Part shown: positions 38,852 to 49,135 of the stretch, piece after piece
Layout of the letters: each line of letters begins with the position of its first letter
Position numbering within the stretch: position 1 is the first letter of the stretch
Program-made: the position numbers and the translations under genes
The notes under the pieces: model-generated
The model's database searches: none
Told to the model about the DNA's origin: nothing
The model's input: only the letters and a program-made list of their open reading frames with translations
From: an uncultured bacterium
Lineage (GTDB): Bacteria > Omnitrophota > Gorgyraeia > Kaelpiales > Kaelpiaceae
Length of the DNA stretch: 64,000 nucleotides
Assembly (NCBI GenBank): GCA_965541635.1
Contig: CBEUCN010000001.1
Location: 13,526-77,525, forward strand
Reading direction: 5' to 3'

Positions 38852-39727
38852 CTAAACAATCACAACCTCTTTCGGTTGTTCCCAGAAGGGAGAAAAGCAG
38901 AACCACTGATCGGGATAATTTACAACATATTTTTCAATTATGTGAGTAACCTCTGCTACCACCTGAGGGATCTCTCGGAAACTGTAATTCCGAAATTCGA
39001 TAATTTTTTCCATAACCACCTTATAATCAAATCCTTGCATGAGAGCCACCCCAAAAACCATTGGCACTCTTGCTCTCAAAGCCAGTAAAAATGGGGCTTT
39101 GGGAATATAAACTATCCTGCCAAATAATCGTGCAGGATAATAATTTAAAGTAAAATCACGATCGCATAAAAGGGCAATCAGTTTCTTATATTTGAGAAGG
39201 TTAAGGCAGGTTGTAAAAGAATCTTTAAATGGTAGTTCATGGATCCTAAGATTTTTTCGCTGACGATTAAAGATTTTTTCCACATATTTCACAGAATGTT
39301 CTAAGGCCACTGCTGATATATCATATCCCAGATGAGCAAGATAACCACCTCCTATCTCCCAGTTCCCAAGATGAATAGTTAAAATTACTACCCCTCCTGA
39401 AGAGCAGGAAAGGGCGGTATTTATCAGATTAATATTCTCGCCCCTGAGATGGTTTTGAAAAAATTCTCTGTCATTATTTTTTACTTTTAGAAAATCTATA
39501 AGATAACGGGAAAAATTATAAAAGGTATTTATCGTGAATTTCTCATTATATTGAGAATTCAAAATTATTTTTAGATTATCTTTTATTATCTTGCGAGTTT
39601 TGAAAGCAAATAGATAATAAATAAACGACAGTATTCTGGATATAGGAAATAAAACTCGGCGAGGTAACACCCTGATAAAAAAACAACAGACACCATAAAT
39701 TGTGCTCCAGAAAATCTCAGTAATCAT
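38852..39727 (-). CDS. lipid A biosynthesis (Kdo2-lipid IVA) acyltransferase family, LpxL/HtrB-like
   Basis: Membrane N-terminus and HLGNWE (HX4D/E) acyltransferase motif. Confidence 0.7.
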   Translation of the reverse strand: MITEIFWSTIYGVCCFFIRVLPRRVLFPISRILSFIYYLFAFKTRKIIKDNLKIILNSQYNEKFTINTFYNFSRYLIDFLKVKNNDREFFQNHLRGENINLINTALSCSSGGVVILTIHLGNWEIGGGYLAHLGYDISAVALEHSVKYVEKIFNRQRKNLRIHELPFKDSFTTCLNLLKYKKLIALLCDRDFTLNYYPARLFGRIVYIPKAPFLLALRARVPMVFGVALMQGFDYKVVMEKIIEFRNYSFREIPQVVAEVTHIIEKYVVNYPDQWFCFSPFWEQPKEVVIV

Positions 39728-40857
39728 TTTTTACTAATAATCGACAACGCTTCCTGGGCTATTTTTAAAGAAGCGTCAGGATGTCCGTGTTTACGAGCAT
39801 TAAGAGCCATGATTTTCAATTTATCTCTGTTAACAAGCAAATCTTTCACAAGAACTGGGAGATCAATTATGCGGTCACACTTTATTGCTGCTCCTACCTT
39901 AAGTAAGAACTCAGTATTACTTCTCTCCTGCCCTGGAAGAGGATTAAAAATCACCATTGGCAGTCCCTTGGCTAAGGCTTCCGCAGTAGTAATTCCTCCC
40001 GGTTTTGAAATTAAAATATCAGCCACCGTCATCAGTTCCCAGACGTTGTCCACATATCCATAAACCAGCATTTTCTTTTTTCTACTCCATTTTTTTTCTC
40101 TCCTTTTCAGAAATCTATAAAGCTTCTTATTAACACCAGCCAGCACTATTATCTGAAAAGGAATATCTATTCTGTAAAGGAAAGAGACTATCTGCTTAAT
40201 ATTCCCTAAACCCCGTCCTCCTCCCATAACTAAAATTATAGGGAGATCAGGGTCAAGTCCCAGATTCTTAACTATCTTTGCCTTATCCTGTGAAAGAGCA
40301 AACTCCGGCTTTATGGGAATTCCCAAAATTTTTATTTTTTCCTCTGCTATCCCATTATTAATCATCTTGTGTTTAGACAACTCATCAGGCACAATATACC
40401 TATCAACAGTATCATAAAACCAAAAAGAATGAGCAACATAATCAGTTAAAACACCAATCACTGAGGTTTCCAAACCATAGTATTTCTTCAAATCTGCAAC
40501 CATCCCACAAGGGAAAGCCTGAGTGCAAATAATTATATCTGGCTGGTATTCAACAATAAGATTTAATAATTTCCGGGAATTATATTTATGAATCAGAGAT
40601 TTCAACTTCTGAGTACGGCGAACAACATTGGGATTGTCATAAAGATATTCCCAGACTTCAGGCCGTTTCCGAATCAATTGCATATAGGTCTTATGAACTA
40701 TACGATTCATTACTGGATTAGTATAATTAAAAGCGTCTATACAGTGAGTATATGCTCGTGGATTTACAATCTCAATTGCTCTCTGAATGGAAACAGCTGC
40801 TTTATGGTGACCAGAATGAGGAGTGATATAAAACAGAAGAATACGAGGTTCATCCAC
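39724..40857 (-). CDS. diacylglycerol glycosyltransferase (MGDG synthase / UgtP-like, GT28)
   Basis: The C-terminal ISKPGGITTAEALAKGLPMVIFNPLPGQE...GAAI aligns closely with B. subtilis UgtP. Confidence 0.75.
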   Translation of the reverse strand: MDEPRILLFYITPHSGHHKAAVSIQRAIEIVNPRAYTHCIDAFNYTNPVMNRIVHKTYMQLIRKRPEVWEYLYDNPNVVRRTQKLKSLIHKYNSRKLLNLIVEYQPDIIICTQAFPCGMVADLKKYYGLETSVIGVLTDYVAHSFWFYDTVDRYIVPDELSKHKMINNGIAEEKIKILGIPIKPEFALSQDKAKIVKNLGLDPDLPIILVMGGGRGLGNIKQIVSFLYRIDIPFQIIVLAGVNKKLYRFLKRREKKWSRKKKMLVYGYVDNVWELMTVADILISKPGGITTAEALAKGLPMVIFNPLPGQERSNTEFLLKVGAAIKCDRIIDLPVLVKDLLVNRDKLKIMALNARKHGHPDASLKIAQEALSIISKK

Positions 40858-40858
40858 C

Positions 40859-42016
40859 TTAAAGACTCCTCATAAAATCTTCAATTCTATCAATTGCTTT
40901 TTTTAGGATATCAAAATCAACAGTATATGCCATTCTTACATAATTATCATTATCTCCAGGACCAAATGCTACACCGGGAACAACTGCAACTTTTTTCTCT
41001 TTAAGAAGTCGTACTGCAAATTCCCGCGATGAAAGTCCAGTTTTTTTAATATTTACATATACATAAAATGCTCCCTGAGGATACACAAAATCAAGTTCCA
41101 TATCTCTTAATCGCTCCACAATGTAATCTCTCCTTCGCCTGTATTCCAGGCACATATCCCGCACCGCAGATTCTCCCCGCAGGATTGCTTCTATTCCAGC
41201 CATCTGACTGAGTATAGGGGCACATAGCATTGTATATTGATGAATTTTATTCATAGCAGAAATAATCTCCTTAGGACCACAGGCAAATCCCAATCGCCAT
41301 CCAGTCATTGCAAATGCCTTGGAAAATCCATTAAGATAAATAGTTCGCAATTTCATACCAGGTAAAGACGTCAAAGGAACATGTTCCTGATCATAAGTAA
41401 GTTCAGCATATATTTCGTCACTTATAACTATAAGGTCTTTATCCTTTATCACCTTAACTAAAGCCCTCAATTCCTCCCGACTATAGGTAACCCCTGTAGG
41501 ATTACTGGGGTAGTTCAATACTAAAATTTTTGTTCGGGGAGAAATACTGGAAATTAGTAATTCCGGGGTTAATTTGAAACCACAGTTGGCAGTAGAAATA
41601 TATCGGGGCTTACCTTCAGCCAATACTGCTACTGGATAATAAGAAACATAACAAGGTTGAGGAATAAGAACTTCCTCTCCAGGATTAACCAGTGCTCTTA
41701 TTGCCAGATCATAAGCCTCAGATACACCTACTGTAATTAGAATTTCATCATCGGGATCATACTTCAGATTAAATCTTCTTTTCAAATATTGGGCTATGGC
41801 TTTTCTTAACTGAGGAAGTCCCTGATTGGAAGTATAGGAAGTATATCCCTGTTCCAAACCATAAATTCCTGCTTCCCGAATATGCCAGGGGGTTACAAAG
41901 TCTGGCTCTCCAATTCCCAGTGAGATTATATTCTTCATCCCCAGAACAAGGTCAAAAAATTCTCTGATACCCGAGGGTTCAATACGATTTACTCTGTAAG
42001 CAATTTTTTCCTTCAT
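40859..42016 (-). CDS. class I/II pyridoxal-phosphate aminotransferase (aspartate aminotransferase-like)
   Basis: NPTGV and SKAFAMTGWRLGF (the Lys-PLP region). Confidence 0.85.
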   Translation of the reverse strand: MKEKIAYRVNRIEPSGIREFFDLVLGMKNIISLGIGEPDFVTPWHIREAGIYGLEQGYTSYTSNQGLPQLRKAIAQYLKRRFNLKYDPDDEILITVGVSEAYDLAIRALVNPGEEVLIPQPCYVSYYPVAVLAEGKPRYISTANCGFKLTPELLISSISPRTKILVLNYPSNPTGVTYSREELRALVKVIKDKDLIVISDEIYAELTYDQEHVPLTSLPGMKLRTIYLNGFSKAFAMTGWRLGFACGPKEIISAMNKIHQYTMLCAPILSQMAGIEAILRGESAVRDMCLEYRRRRDYIVERLRDMELDFVYPQGAFYVYVNIKKTGLSSREFAVRLLKEKKVAVVPGVAFGPGDNDNYVRMAYTVDFDILKKAIDRIEDFMRSL

Positions 42017-42495
42017 AGAGTTATAGTCTGACGATGGTTCTCTTTGCTTTTGGTTAAAATAAACCCATCCTGTTTGTATTTCTTAAGTAAAAAATGAGTA
42101 ACAGTCCCTTTCACTCCCTCAAGGGGAGCAAGTTTTTCAGCCACAAACTGAGCCACTTTATGAATATCTTCTCCCTCCACAATGAGAAGAAGGTCATAAG
42201 TACCAGAAACCAAGAAACAGGTTACAACTTCTGGGAATTTATAAATTCTTTCTGCTATGTAATCAAATCCCTGATTTCGTTTAGGAGTGACCTGAACTTC
42301 AATTATTGCTCTTACAGGCTTAAAGGATTTCACCTTCTCTTCATTTATAATAGTCTTGTATCCTAAAATGACACCATCCTTCTCTAACTTCTGAATATTT
42401 TTACTAATTTCCTTCACATCTTTTTTCAGAATTTTTGCGATATCCTCAGCAGTTAACCGAGCATTTTCCCTCAGCATTTCAATAATCTCTTTCAT
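42013..42495 (-). CDS. Lrp/AsnC-family transcriptional regulator
   Basis: N-terminal helix-turn-helix (LRENARLTAEDIAKIL) plus a C-terminal RAM domain. Confidence 0.85.
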   Translation of the reverse strand: MKEIIEMLRENARLTAEDIAKILKKDVKEISKNIQKLEKDGVILGYKTIINEEKVKSFKPVRAIIEVQVTPKRNQGFDYIAERIYKFPEVVTCFLVSGTYDLLLIVEGEDIHKVAQFVAEKLAPLEGVKGTVTHFLLKKYKQDGFILTKSKENHRQTITL

Positions 42496-42504
42496 TTCTC
42501 CACC

Positions 42505-42741
42505 TCACTGTTTTTGAATAATTGCAATTACTTCGTTAGGTTTTATTGTTTCTCCCTCGGAAGCCAATTGTTTTTTTAAAATACCCGAACAGGGAGCAAG
42601 AATATTAAAAACTGCTTTTTCAGTTGCTACTTCTACCAAATCCTGCCCTTCGTTAACTTTGTCTCCCTCCTTAAAATGCCAGTAACTTACTGTAACTTTT
42701 TCCACATCTTCAAAATCAGGAACTCTTACCTCTATCTCCAT
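42505..42741 (-). CDS. free-standing lipoyl/biotinyl-attachment domain protein
   Basis: 78 aa with EGDKVNEGQDLVEVATEKAVFNI and a conserved Lys in a TEKA context. Confidence 0.7.
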   Translation of the reverse strand: MEIEVRVPDFEDVEKVTVSYWHFKEGDKVNEGQDLVEVATEKAVFNILAPCSGILKKQLASEGETIKPNEVIAIIQKQ

Positions 42742-42755
42742 ATCCTACCTCCTTG

Positions 42756-43532
42756 TTAAATGGAGAGATAATCAGGACAGAAAATCTGTTTATTGAGTAA
42801 AATTTCTGCAGTCTTTATTGCTTTGATTAATTCTTCATCCAGAGGATCAAGGATAGCAGAATCAAGACCACAGGCAAGCGCCATCACTACAAAAGTTCTG
42901 TTTATCAGTGATCTTTCCTTTGCTCCTTGCGAGACATTAGAAAGTCCCACCACTGTATGAGGAGCAGGCTCAGAGATTAACTTTATCTCTCTCAACACTC
43001 GCAATACCTCAGGACAATGGTCCTGAGCAACATTTACAGGAAGTAAAACGGGATCAATGTAAATATTGGTAACAGGAAATTCCAGTTCCTGAGCATAACT
43101 AATTATTTTTACTGCCAATTCCAATCTGCTATCTGCATCTTTAGGCACTCCTCCCTTATCAATTGTAAGAGCAATGATTTTAGCATTGTAATCCTTTGCC
43201 AGTGGAAATAGAACCTGAAGTTTATACTCCTCAGCAGTGGTAGAATTTATAATTACTGGATTTTTAATCTCTGGTAATGATTTTTGAATTATTTCCACAC
43301 TGGGAGAATCAATAACTAAAGTGGTATCAGTAACTTCCTGAATAGTATTAATTAACCAGATCATATCCTGTAATGGCTGAGAAGAAGCAGGACCAACATT
43401 TATATCTAACGCATCACAACCTCGATTTATCTGAATTTGGGCTAACTTGTGAATAAATTTTTTGTCATGAGACTTGATAGCCTTAGCAACATCTTTAAAC
43501 ATACCATTAATTCTCTCGCCAATGATGAACAT
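42756..43532 (-). CDS. acsE: methyltetrahydrofolate:corrinoid/iron-sulfur protein methyltransferase
   Basis: N-terminus MFIIGERING and a pterin-binding TIM-barrel fold. Confidence 0.85.
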   Translation of the reverse strand: MFIIGERINGMFKDVAKAIKSHDKKFIHKLAQIQINRGCDALDINVGPASSQPLQDMIWLINTIQEVTDTTLVIDSPSVEIIQKSLPEIKNPVIINSTTAEEYKLQVLFPLAKDYNAKIIALTIDKGGVPKDADSRLELAVKIISYAQELEFPVTNIYIDPVLLPVNVAQDHCPEVLRVLREIKLISEPAPHTVVGLSNVSQGAKERSLINRTFVVMALACGLDSAILDPLDEELIKAIKTAEILLNKQIFCPDYLSI

Positions 43533-44533
43533 CAGAGAATGATTTCCTCCCGGGACATTAAATCTTCAATAATATCCTGAAGTCTAATAATTGAAGAGGG
43601 ATGATTGAGGACTAAAATATCTGCTCCTGCCTGAAGATAAGCAATAGAAGTGACAACCTCCCAGAATACGCCTCTTTTACTCAACTGACCCCATTCTGGC
43701 ATCTCCTCTTCAGTTGCCCTGGCCTCTTTTGTCTTCCAGACTTCCCACCCCACAAAACTTATCATCGGTTGGGCAAGAAGTTTATCTCCCTGTAGGGCTG
43801 CTAATCGCGTCCGTTCCATAATAGAATAAGTGTATTCTAACCCATATCCTAAACCGGCAGTGGCGTGGTGAATAACAATCTTCTCCAAAGGAAATCCCAT
43901 ATCAGAAATAAGGATATTTAATTGTTTACACAGATTTATATCTATCGGAGTCTCAGCGATAAGGGAATGACCATTACTTATACACGATGCTACTACACTT
44001 TTATAATTACTTTCCAGAGCCATACCAATGAGACAATTTTCACCCTGAGCAGCAGAACTGACTTCAAATAGTAAATCCTGATCCCTTTCTGGATCTCCAC
44101 ATCCTACAATTATTAATGGAACCTTAACAACTTTTAAAATTTTCTCCACAATCTCAGCACATTCCTTACAGGATTTATCACCCCAATCAGGATGAGCACC
44201 TATAAATCTCAAACACAAAAGGTCAAAACCATAATCTTCAACACATTTTTTTGCCCAATCCACAGGATTATTCAATGCACTCCCAAAAGCCTTAGACAAC
44301 TGTTGAGGATACTCCTGAGGTTTAATATCCAGAATTTCAATAGCGAGATGAGGAGCATTGGGCATCTCACCTTCAAAGTGTAAAAATGGCATACAGTTCT
44401 GTCCCCCTACTTTGATAACTTTCTCCCTTGTCCCACCATTATCAGGAGTAGCACCTATTTCCAGTTGGTAGACTTTACCCGACCATTTTTGAACTGCCAG
44501 TTTTAAGATTTCATCATCCATGGTATTCTTCAT
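43532..44533 (-). CDS. acsD: corrinoid/iron-sulfur protein small subunit (CdhD/AcsD)
   Basis: A 333-aa TIM-barrel CFeSP delta-subunit-like sequence. It sits next to acsE and cooC. Confidence 0.8.
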   Translation of the reverse strand: MKNTMDDEILKLAVQKWSGKVYQLEIGATPDNGGTREKVIKVGGQNCMPFLHFEGEMPNAPHLAIEILDIKPQEYPQQLSKAFGSALNNPVDWAKKCVEDYGFDLLCLRFIGAHPDWGDKSCKECAEIVEKILKVVKVPLIIVGCGDPERDQDLLFEVSSAAQGENCLIGMALESNYKSVVASCISNGHSLIAETPIDINLCKQLNILISDMGFPLEKIVIHHATAGLGYGLEYTYSIMERTRLAALQGDKLLAQPMISFVGWEVWKTKEARATEEEMPEWGQLSKRGVFWEVVTSIAYLQAGADILVLNHPSSIIRLQDIIEDLMSREEIIL

Positions 44534-45284
44534 TTCCCACCCCCATTTTTAAAATTTTTTCTTTTATGATTATATCAAACTTTTCCATAAAATTTCCATC
44601 CCAAAATTCAAATATATCATCCCCCCGTTCATAGAGTTGCAGAAGAGTTTGAGAAAACGGCAAAGTAAGAAATGGCAAAAGTTGATTTTTGAATATGAAA
44701 TCCTGAATATAAGAAGCAGGCTCCCTTCGAATTTTATTTATGACATAAAGATATTGGTTAACCTTTAACCCAATATGATTAATAATTTCTTTTACCTTCA
44801 ATAATGTATTTAAAGAACTTACGTTCGGCTCCGATACCAGAATCAAAAGGTCAATTTCTCCGGCAGTTTTTCTACTGAGATGCTCCAATCCGGCTTCGGC
44901 ATCAAATATTACATAGGGATAGTTTTTTGCAAATTGTTTAACTATTTCTCTAAGAATATCATTTACCGCACAATAACAGCCAGGCCCTTCCGGTGCTCCC
45001 ATAACCACTAAGTCAAAATGTTCTTCTTCAACAAGAATATCCTGAAATTCCATCTTTAAAATATCAACCTTACTTACTCCCCTACTTGTTCGGGTCTTGA
45101 ACTCTTCTACAATATCTGAAACTGTACGAGTATAATTAACCCCCAAAAGAATATTGAGATTGGCATTGGGATCAGCGTCTATTACCAGAATAGGACCTTT
45201 ACCATATTCTATAAGTTTTCTGACCATCATTGCTGAAACTATTGTTTTGCCCACTCCACCCTTACCTGCTACTGCTATTTTCAT
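44514..45284 (-). CDS. cooC: CO dehydrogenase/acetyl-CoA synthase nickel-insertion ATPase CooC/AcsF
   Basis: Deviant Walker A AGKGGVGKT of a MinD/ParA-type ATPase. Confidence 0.85.
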   Translation of the reverse strand: MKIAVAGKGGVGKTIVSAMMVRKLIEYGKGPILVIDADPNANLNILLGVNYTRTVSDIVEEFKTRTSRGVSKVDILKMEFQDILVEEEHFDLVVMGAPEGPGCYCAVNDILREIVKQFAKNYPYVIFDAEAGLEHLSRKTAGEIDLLILVSEPNVSSLNTLLKVKEIINHIGLKVNQYLYVINKIRREPASYIQDFIFKNQLLPFLTLPFSQTLLQLYERGDDIFEFWDGNFMEKFDIIIKEKILKMGVGNEEYHG

Positions 45285-47176
45285 TTTTGTAACCTCTCCT
45301 TTACTGAAGGAAATTTATTAATATCAGTATGAGGCAAAAACAGCGCGCTGGAATAGTTATTTAAAAATTCAGGAACATTACTGAGTTCAAGATTTGTAAC
45401 CATCTCTGAAATATCTTGTGCTCTCCGACGAGCAGATTGAGAACAGAGACAAAGCCTTGCCCCCTGAATACTGGTGTTGCCTAAAAATTTAAACCTGTTG
45501 CGAGGAATATCTGGCAGTAGTCCAATTATTACTGCTTTTTCAACATCCAGGTATGTACCAAGTCCACCTGCAATGTAAAAATTATGGATATCCTGAACAT
45601 TTAATCCCATTTTTTCAAGTAAAACCTCAATTCCAAGATATATTGCAGCCTTGGAGTAAATGACATTTTTAATATCGCTTTGAGTTATAGCAATATCTTT
45701 TCCAGTTTTGCTCTCGCTTCCTCTTACCACCACATATTCCAGTTCTCCATATTCATTGGTTCTTATTCGGGATGAACTTCCAGGAATAAAATTTCCATTT
45801 TTATCTATAATTTTATTTAAAAATAACTCTGCAATTAATTCCACTATACCCGTCCCACAAATTCCAATTGGTTTCTCCTGCGAAATTGTAGTATAAGTTA
45901 ACTTATCATTAACAATTGATATTTTCTGGATTGCTCCTGCCATTGCTCGCACTCCACAACTTAGTCCTCCTCCTTCAAAACAAGGTCCGGCACTGGTAGA
46001 ACAGGATATCAACCATTCCTTATTCCCCAGCACCACCTCTCCATTAGTCCCAAGATCAACCAACAACGACAACTCCTCTCCTCTATCCATCCCTGAGGCT
46101 AAAATTCCAGCCACAATATCAGAGCCTACAAAACTCCTTATTCCGGGCATAATGATAACTACACCCAGAGGGTTAATATCTATCCCTGCCTGATGGCTAT
46201 GTAAAATAAGTTCCGATTTGAACACGGGAGTATAAGGATACCTCCGGATAAAATTAGGAGGCAAGCCCAGAACAAGATGAACCATAGTGGTATTTCCAGA
46301 AATTAATATAGCATTGATTTCGGAGGGAGAAATATCCATCTCCTGACATATCCTGGCAATTAACTCATTTATTGTCTCCAAAGCGAGGTTTTTTAATTCC
46401 TGAAGTCCCTGTTCTTCCTCACCCACAATTATTCTGGAAATTATATCCTCAGCAATTAAAATTTGACGATTGTATTCTGCCTTGGTATTTAATGTCTTAC
46501 CGCAAGATAAATCCAGAAGATGAACAACAACGGTGGTAGTGCCAAGGTCACATGCCAACACAAAACTACCCCTTTTATCTTTTTCTCCAGAAATATCCAA
46601 AACAAAATTATCAAAGTAAGTTAGTTTTATATCCCAGTCCGAATTCCTAAGAATAAATGGAAGTTTCTTTAAAATTTCTATTGGGATATTAACTTTTTTT
46701 TCCATTGCCTGCTGTATCCTTTCCAGATCAGGAAGATTGTTTTCCAATTGTGGCTTTTCCAATCTTAAATACTCCACTTTAATGATTGGATCCAGAGGAT
46801 AAAATTTATCTCCCAGACTTTCTTCTTTTACAACATCCTCCTCAATTATATCCAATCCCGCTTTAACCACCTGAGGTTTAACCTCCAGAGACTCAGAAGG
46901 AATTTCCACCACCAAGTCACTACGAGGGTAAGTTTGACAGGCAAGAACATAGCCCTGTTGTATCTCCTGAGACCTAAGATTAAATGTACTTTTGGTCTCA
47001 TATTCTCCTGAAATTATTTTTAGTTTACACTTGCCACATAACCCTTTCCCACCACAACTATTTCTGAGATTTATACGCATTTTTATTGCAGCATTTAAAA
47101 GATCAGTATTAGAAGAAACTTCTATATCTTTATCTTCGGGTAAAAATTTAACTTTAAATTTTTTTAATTTTTCCAT
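45281..47176 (-). CDS. reductive activator of corrinoid proteins (RACo; 2Fe-2S ferredoxin + ASKHA ATPase)
   Basis: N-terminal plant-type ferredoxin Cys motif CGGKGLCGKCK followed by a DUF4445/ASKHA domain. Confidence 0.8.
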   Translation of the reverse strand: MEKLKKFKVKFLPEDKDIEVSSNTDLLNAAIKMRINLRNSCGGKGLCGKCKLKIISGEYETKSTFNLRSQEIQQGYVLACQTYPRSDLVVEIPSESLEVKPQVVKAGLDIIEEDVVKEESLGDKFYPLDPIIKVEYLRLEKPQLENNLPDLERIQQAMEKKVNIPIEILKKLPFILRNSDWDIKLTYFDNFVLDISGEKDKRGSFVLACDLGTTTVVVHLLDLSCGKTLNTKAEYNRQILIAEDIISRIIVGEEEQGLQELKNLALETINELIARICQEMDISPSEINAILISGNTTMVHLVLGLPPNFIRRYPYTPVFKSELILHSHQAGIDINPLGVVIIMPGIRSFVGSDIVAGILASGMDRGEELSLLVDLGTNGEVVLGNKEWLISCSTSAGPCFEGGGLSCGVRAMAGAIQKISIVNDKLTYTTISQEKPIGICGTGIVELIAELFLNKIIDKNGNFIPGSSSRIRTNEYGELEYVVVRGSESKTGKDIAITQSDIKNVIYSKAAIYLGIEVLLEKMGLNVQDIHNFYIAGGLGTYLDVEKAVIIGLLPDIPRNRFKFLGNTSIQGARLCLCSQSARRRAQDISEMVTNLELSNVPEFLNNYSSALFLPHTDINKFPSVKERLQK

Positions 47177-48486
47177 ATTTGTTTTAAAAACTTAGGTATT
47201 CCTGACGCTTCCTTGGGACCTACAATTACTTCCCATCCCGTTGTTTCTTCCAACTTCCCACTGAGAATAGCAACGTATCCCGGAATTATCAATTTGCGGT
47301 GACTTACCAATCTCTCCAAATTTTCCCTTTGCATCCACTGGGCTATAACTTGTTCGTTAAATTTATCTGCTGCCCAAGCAGTAAGAACCGACATCCCTTC
47401 CGTGTCCACCACTAACAGATAGGAAGCAATCTTACTATTTTCTATCTCTGGTGCCACAGTATAGTAGGTAAGAGAAAAATTGGTAGTTACCAGTATAGGA
47501 GAATCTTTACCGGGAGTTCCAATAGAATATACTTTTGGCTCTACTGTTACCGGTTTTTGAGGGTCAGTATAGATATTGAACCTTAAAGTGACCAAAGCAT
47601 TCCAGAACGCTCTATCCATACAACTGGAAATTACCATATCGCTATATTTGCATACCCCCAGAGAGATAAAAGCAAGTTGTTTAAATATATCTTCATCTTC
47701 TACTAAAGTCAAAATAGGAAAGGAAGCAAACTTTTTCCCTTTTACTATTGCTAATCTTCTCTGAATAGTATTAAACTGTAAAAGATGGCTGAGGTTGGAA
47801 GTAACAAGATGTAAGATTACCTCCTTAAATCCCGAATTATAGATATTTTCTGCCTTTTTTAGCAAAGGTTGAACCTGTGTATCAGAGATAACTATGGGCA
47901 GGTTTTTATTTTTAGCAATATCTATTATCTCATTGACATCTCCCAAATAGTAAATAACTGGCCTTGCCTGCTGCAATTCATCAATAGCACCAGCAAGATT
48001 CTCAACCGAATGTGAAATCAACATTAATGGAAATCCATTTACATTACCAAGTTTTACTGCTTTAATGAATTGTTGATATTTGCCGTTATCTCTAACTGCT
48101 AAAAAATCAATTGTAAATGTCTCGCCCACGCGTGGTATTTTTAACTCTTTAATATATTTAATTTTCTTCTCCAGTTGGGAATCATCACAACTTATAATTA
48201 TTCCAAATGGTGCAGGGTTATAAAACTTCTTCTCATGACGAAAAAGTACTAAATCTCCTCCTACTTTCAGTTCTTTTTCTTTACTATTAAAAATTATTGT
48301 TCTCATAGGTGGTTCAGAGAGTTCATTCAACTTTTGCTTTGCTTCTTCAGTTATAAAAGGACATCGAGAAAGTTCAATCTGTTTGGCAGCCAGTTTCATA
48401 GCAAAAGCCAAACATGTAGGAAGACCACATTTTTTACAATTGGTCTTAGGCAGATATTTGTAAATTTCCAGTGCTGATAAAGCCAT
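47164..48486 (-). CDS. acsC: corrinoid/iron-sulfur protein large subunit (CdhE/AcsC)
   Basis: N-terminal 4Fe-4S motif CKKCGLPTCLAFA plus TIM-barrel and corrinoid-binding domains. Confidence 0.85.
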   Translation of the reverse strand: MALSALEIYKYLPKTNCKKCGLPTCLAFAMKLAAKQIELSRCPFITEEAKQKLNELSEPPMRTIIFNSKEKELKVGGDLVLFRHEKKFYNPAPFGIIISCDDSQLEKKIKYIKELKIPRVGETFTIDFLAVRDNGKYQQFIKAVKLGNVNGFPLMLISHSVENLAGAIDELQQARPVIYYLGDVNEIIDIAKNKNLPIVISDTQVQPLLKKAENIYNSGFKEVILHLVTSNLSHLLQFNTIQRRLAIVKGKKFASFPILTLVEDEDIFKQLAFISLGVCKYSDMVISSCMDRAFWNALVTLRFNIYTDPQKPVTVEPKVYSIGTPGKDSPILVTTNFSLTYYTVAPEIENSKIASYLLVVDTEGMSVLTAWAADKFNEQVIAQWMQRENLERLVSHRKLIIPGYVAILSGKLEETTGWEVIVGPKEASGIPKFLKQIWKN

Positions 48487-48487
48487 C

Positions 48488-49135
48488 TCATCCTCCTATT
48501 TCAGTTATAATAACTTTTCCACAATATCGTTTACCTTCTGGGGTAAGCATTCCCTTTTTGAGTGCCTTAAAAGTTATAGTATAGTCTGCCTTTATAGCCT
48601 CACCCATTACTTTACCACTATCACAATTAAGTCCAGTAGGTATATCAACAGCAAGTTTGGGTATTTTTACCAAGTTCAAAATTTCCACCAATTCTTTCAA
48701 TGGTGAACGCAGTTTCCCTTTCGCTCCTGTTCCCAGTAATCCATCAATAATGAATCTGGCACCTTTTAATTCCTCTATAATTCGCTTCCCTACGATTCTT
48801 TTATCTACATGTTTAATCTTAATTGCCATATTGTGAATTATCCTCAATTCTACAGCAGTTTCAGGTTTAAGTTTTAAGATATTGCCAACCATATACACAA
48901 CTACTTTCCTTTCTGCCAAAAATAAATGACGAGCAGCGACCAGACTATCCCCACCATTGTAACCTGTGCCAGCGAATATTATTATCTTGTCTCTGACTTT
49001 AGTTTTGGCTTTTACAAACTCAGCAACATTTCTACCAGCGTTTTCCATTAAAACCAACCGAGGAATACCTAAATAATAAATAGCCCTGCGATCTGCTCCT
49101 ATAGCCTGCTTTGTGGAAACTATCTCAGTTACCAT
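48488..49135 (-). CDS. NAD(P)H-hydrate epimerase (YjeF N-terminal domain only)
   Basis: YjeF_N fold with GTGYNGGDSLVAARHL. Confidence 0.75.
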   Translation of the reverse strand: MVTEIVSTKQAIGADRRAIYYLGIPRLVLMENAGRNVAEFVKAKTKVRDKIIIFAGTGYNGGDSLVAARHLFLAERKVVVYMVGNILKLKPETAVELRIIHNMAIKIKHVDKRIVGKRIIEELKGARFIIDGLLGTGAKGKLRSPLKELVEILNLVKIPKLAVDIPTGLNCDSGKVMGEAIKADYTITFKALKKGMLTPEGKRYCGKVIITEIGG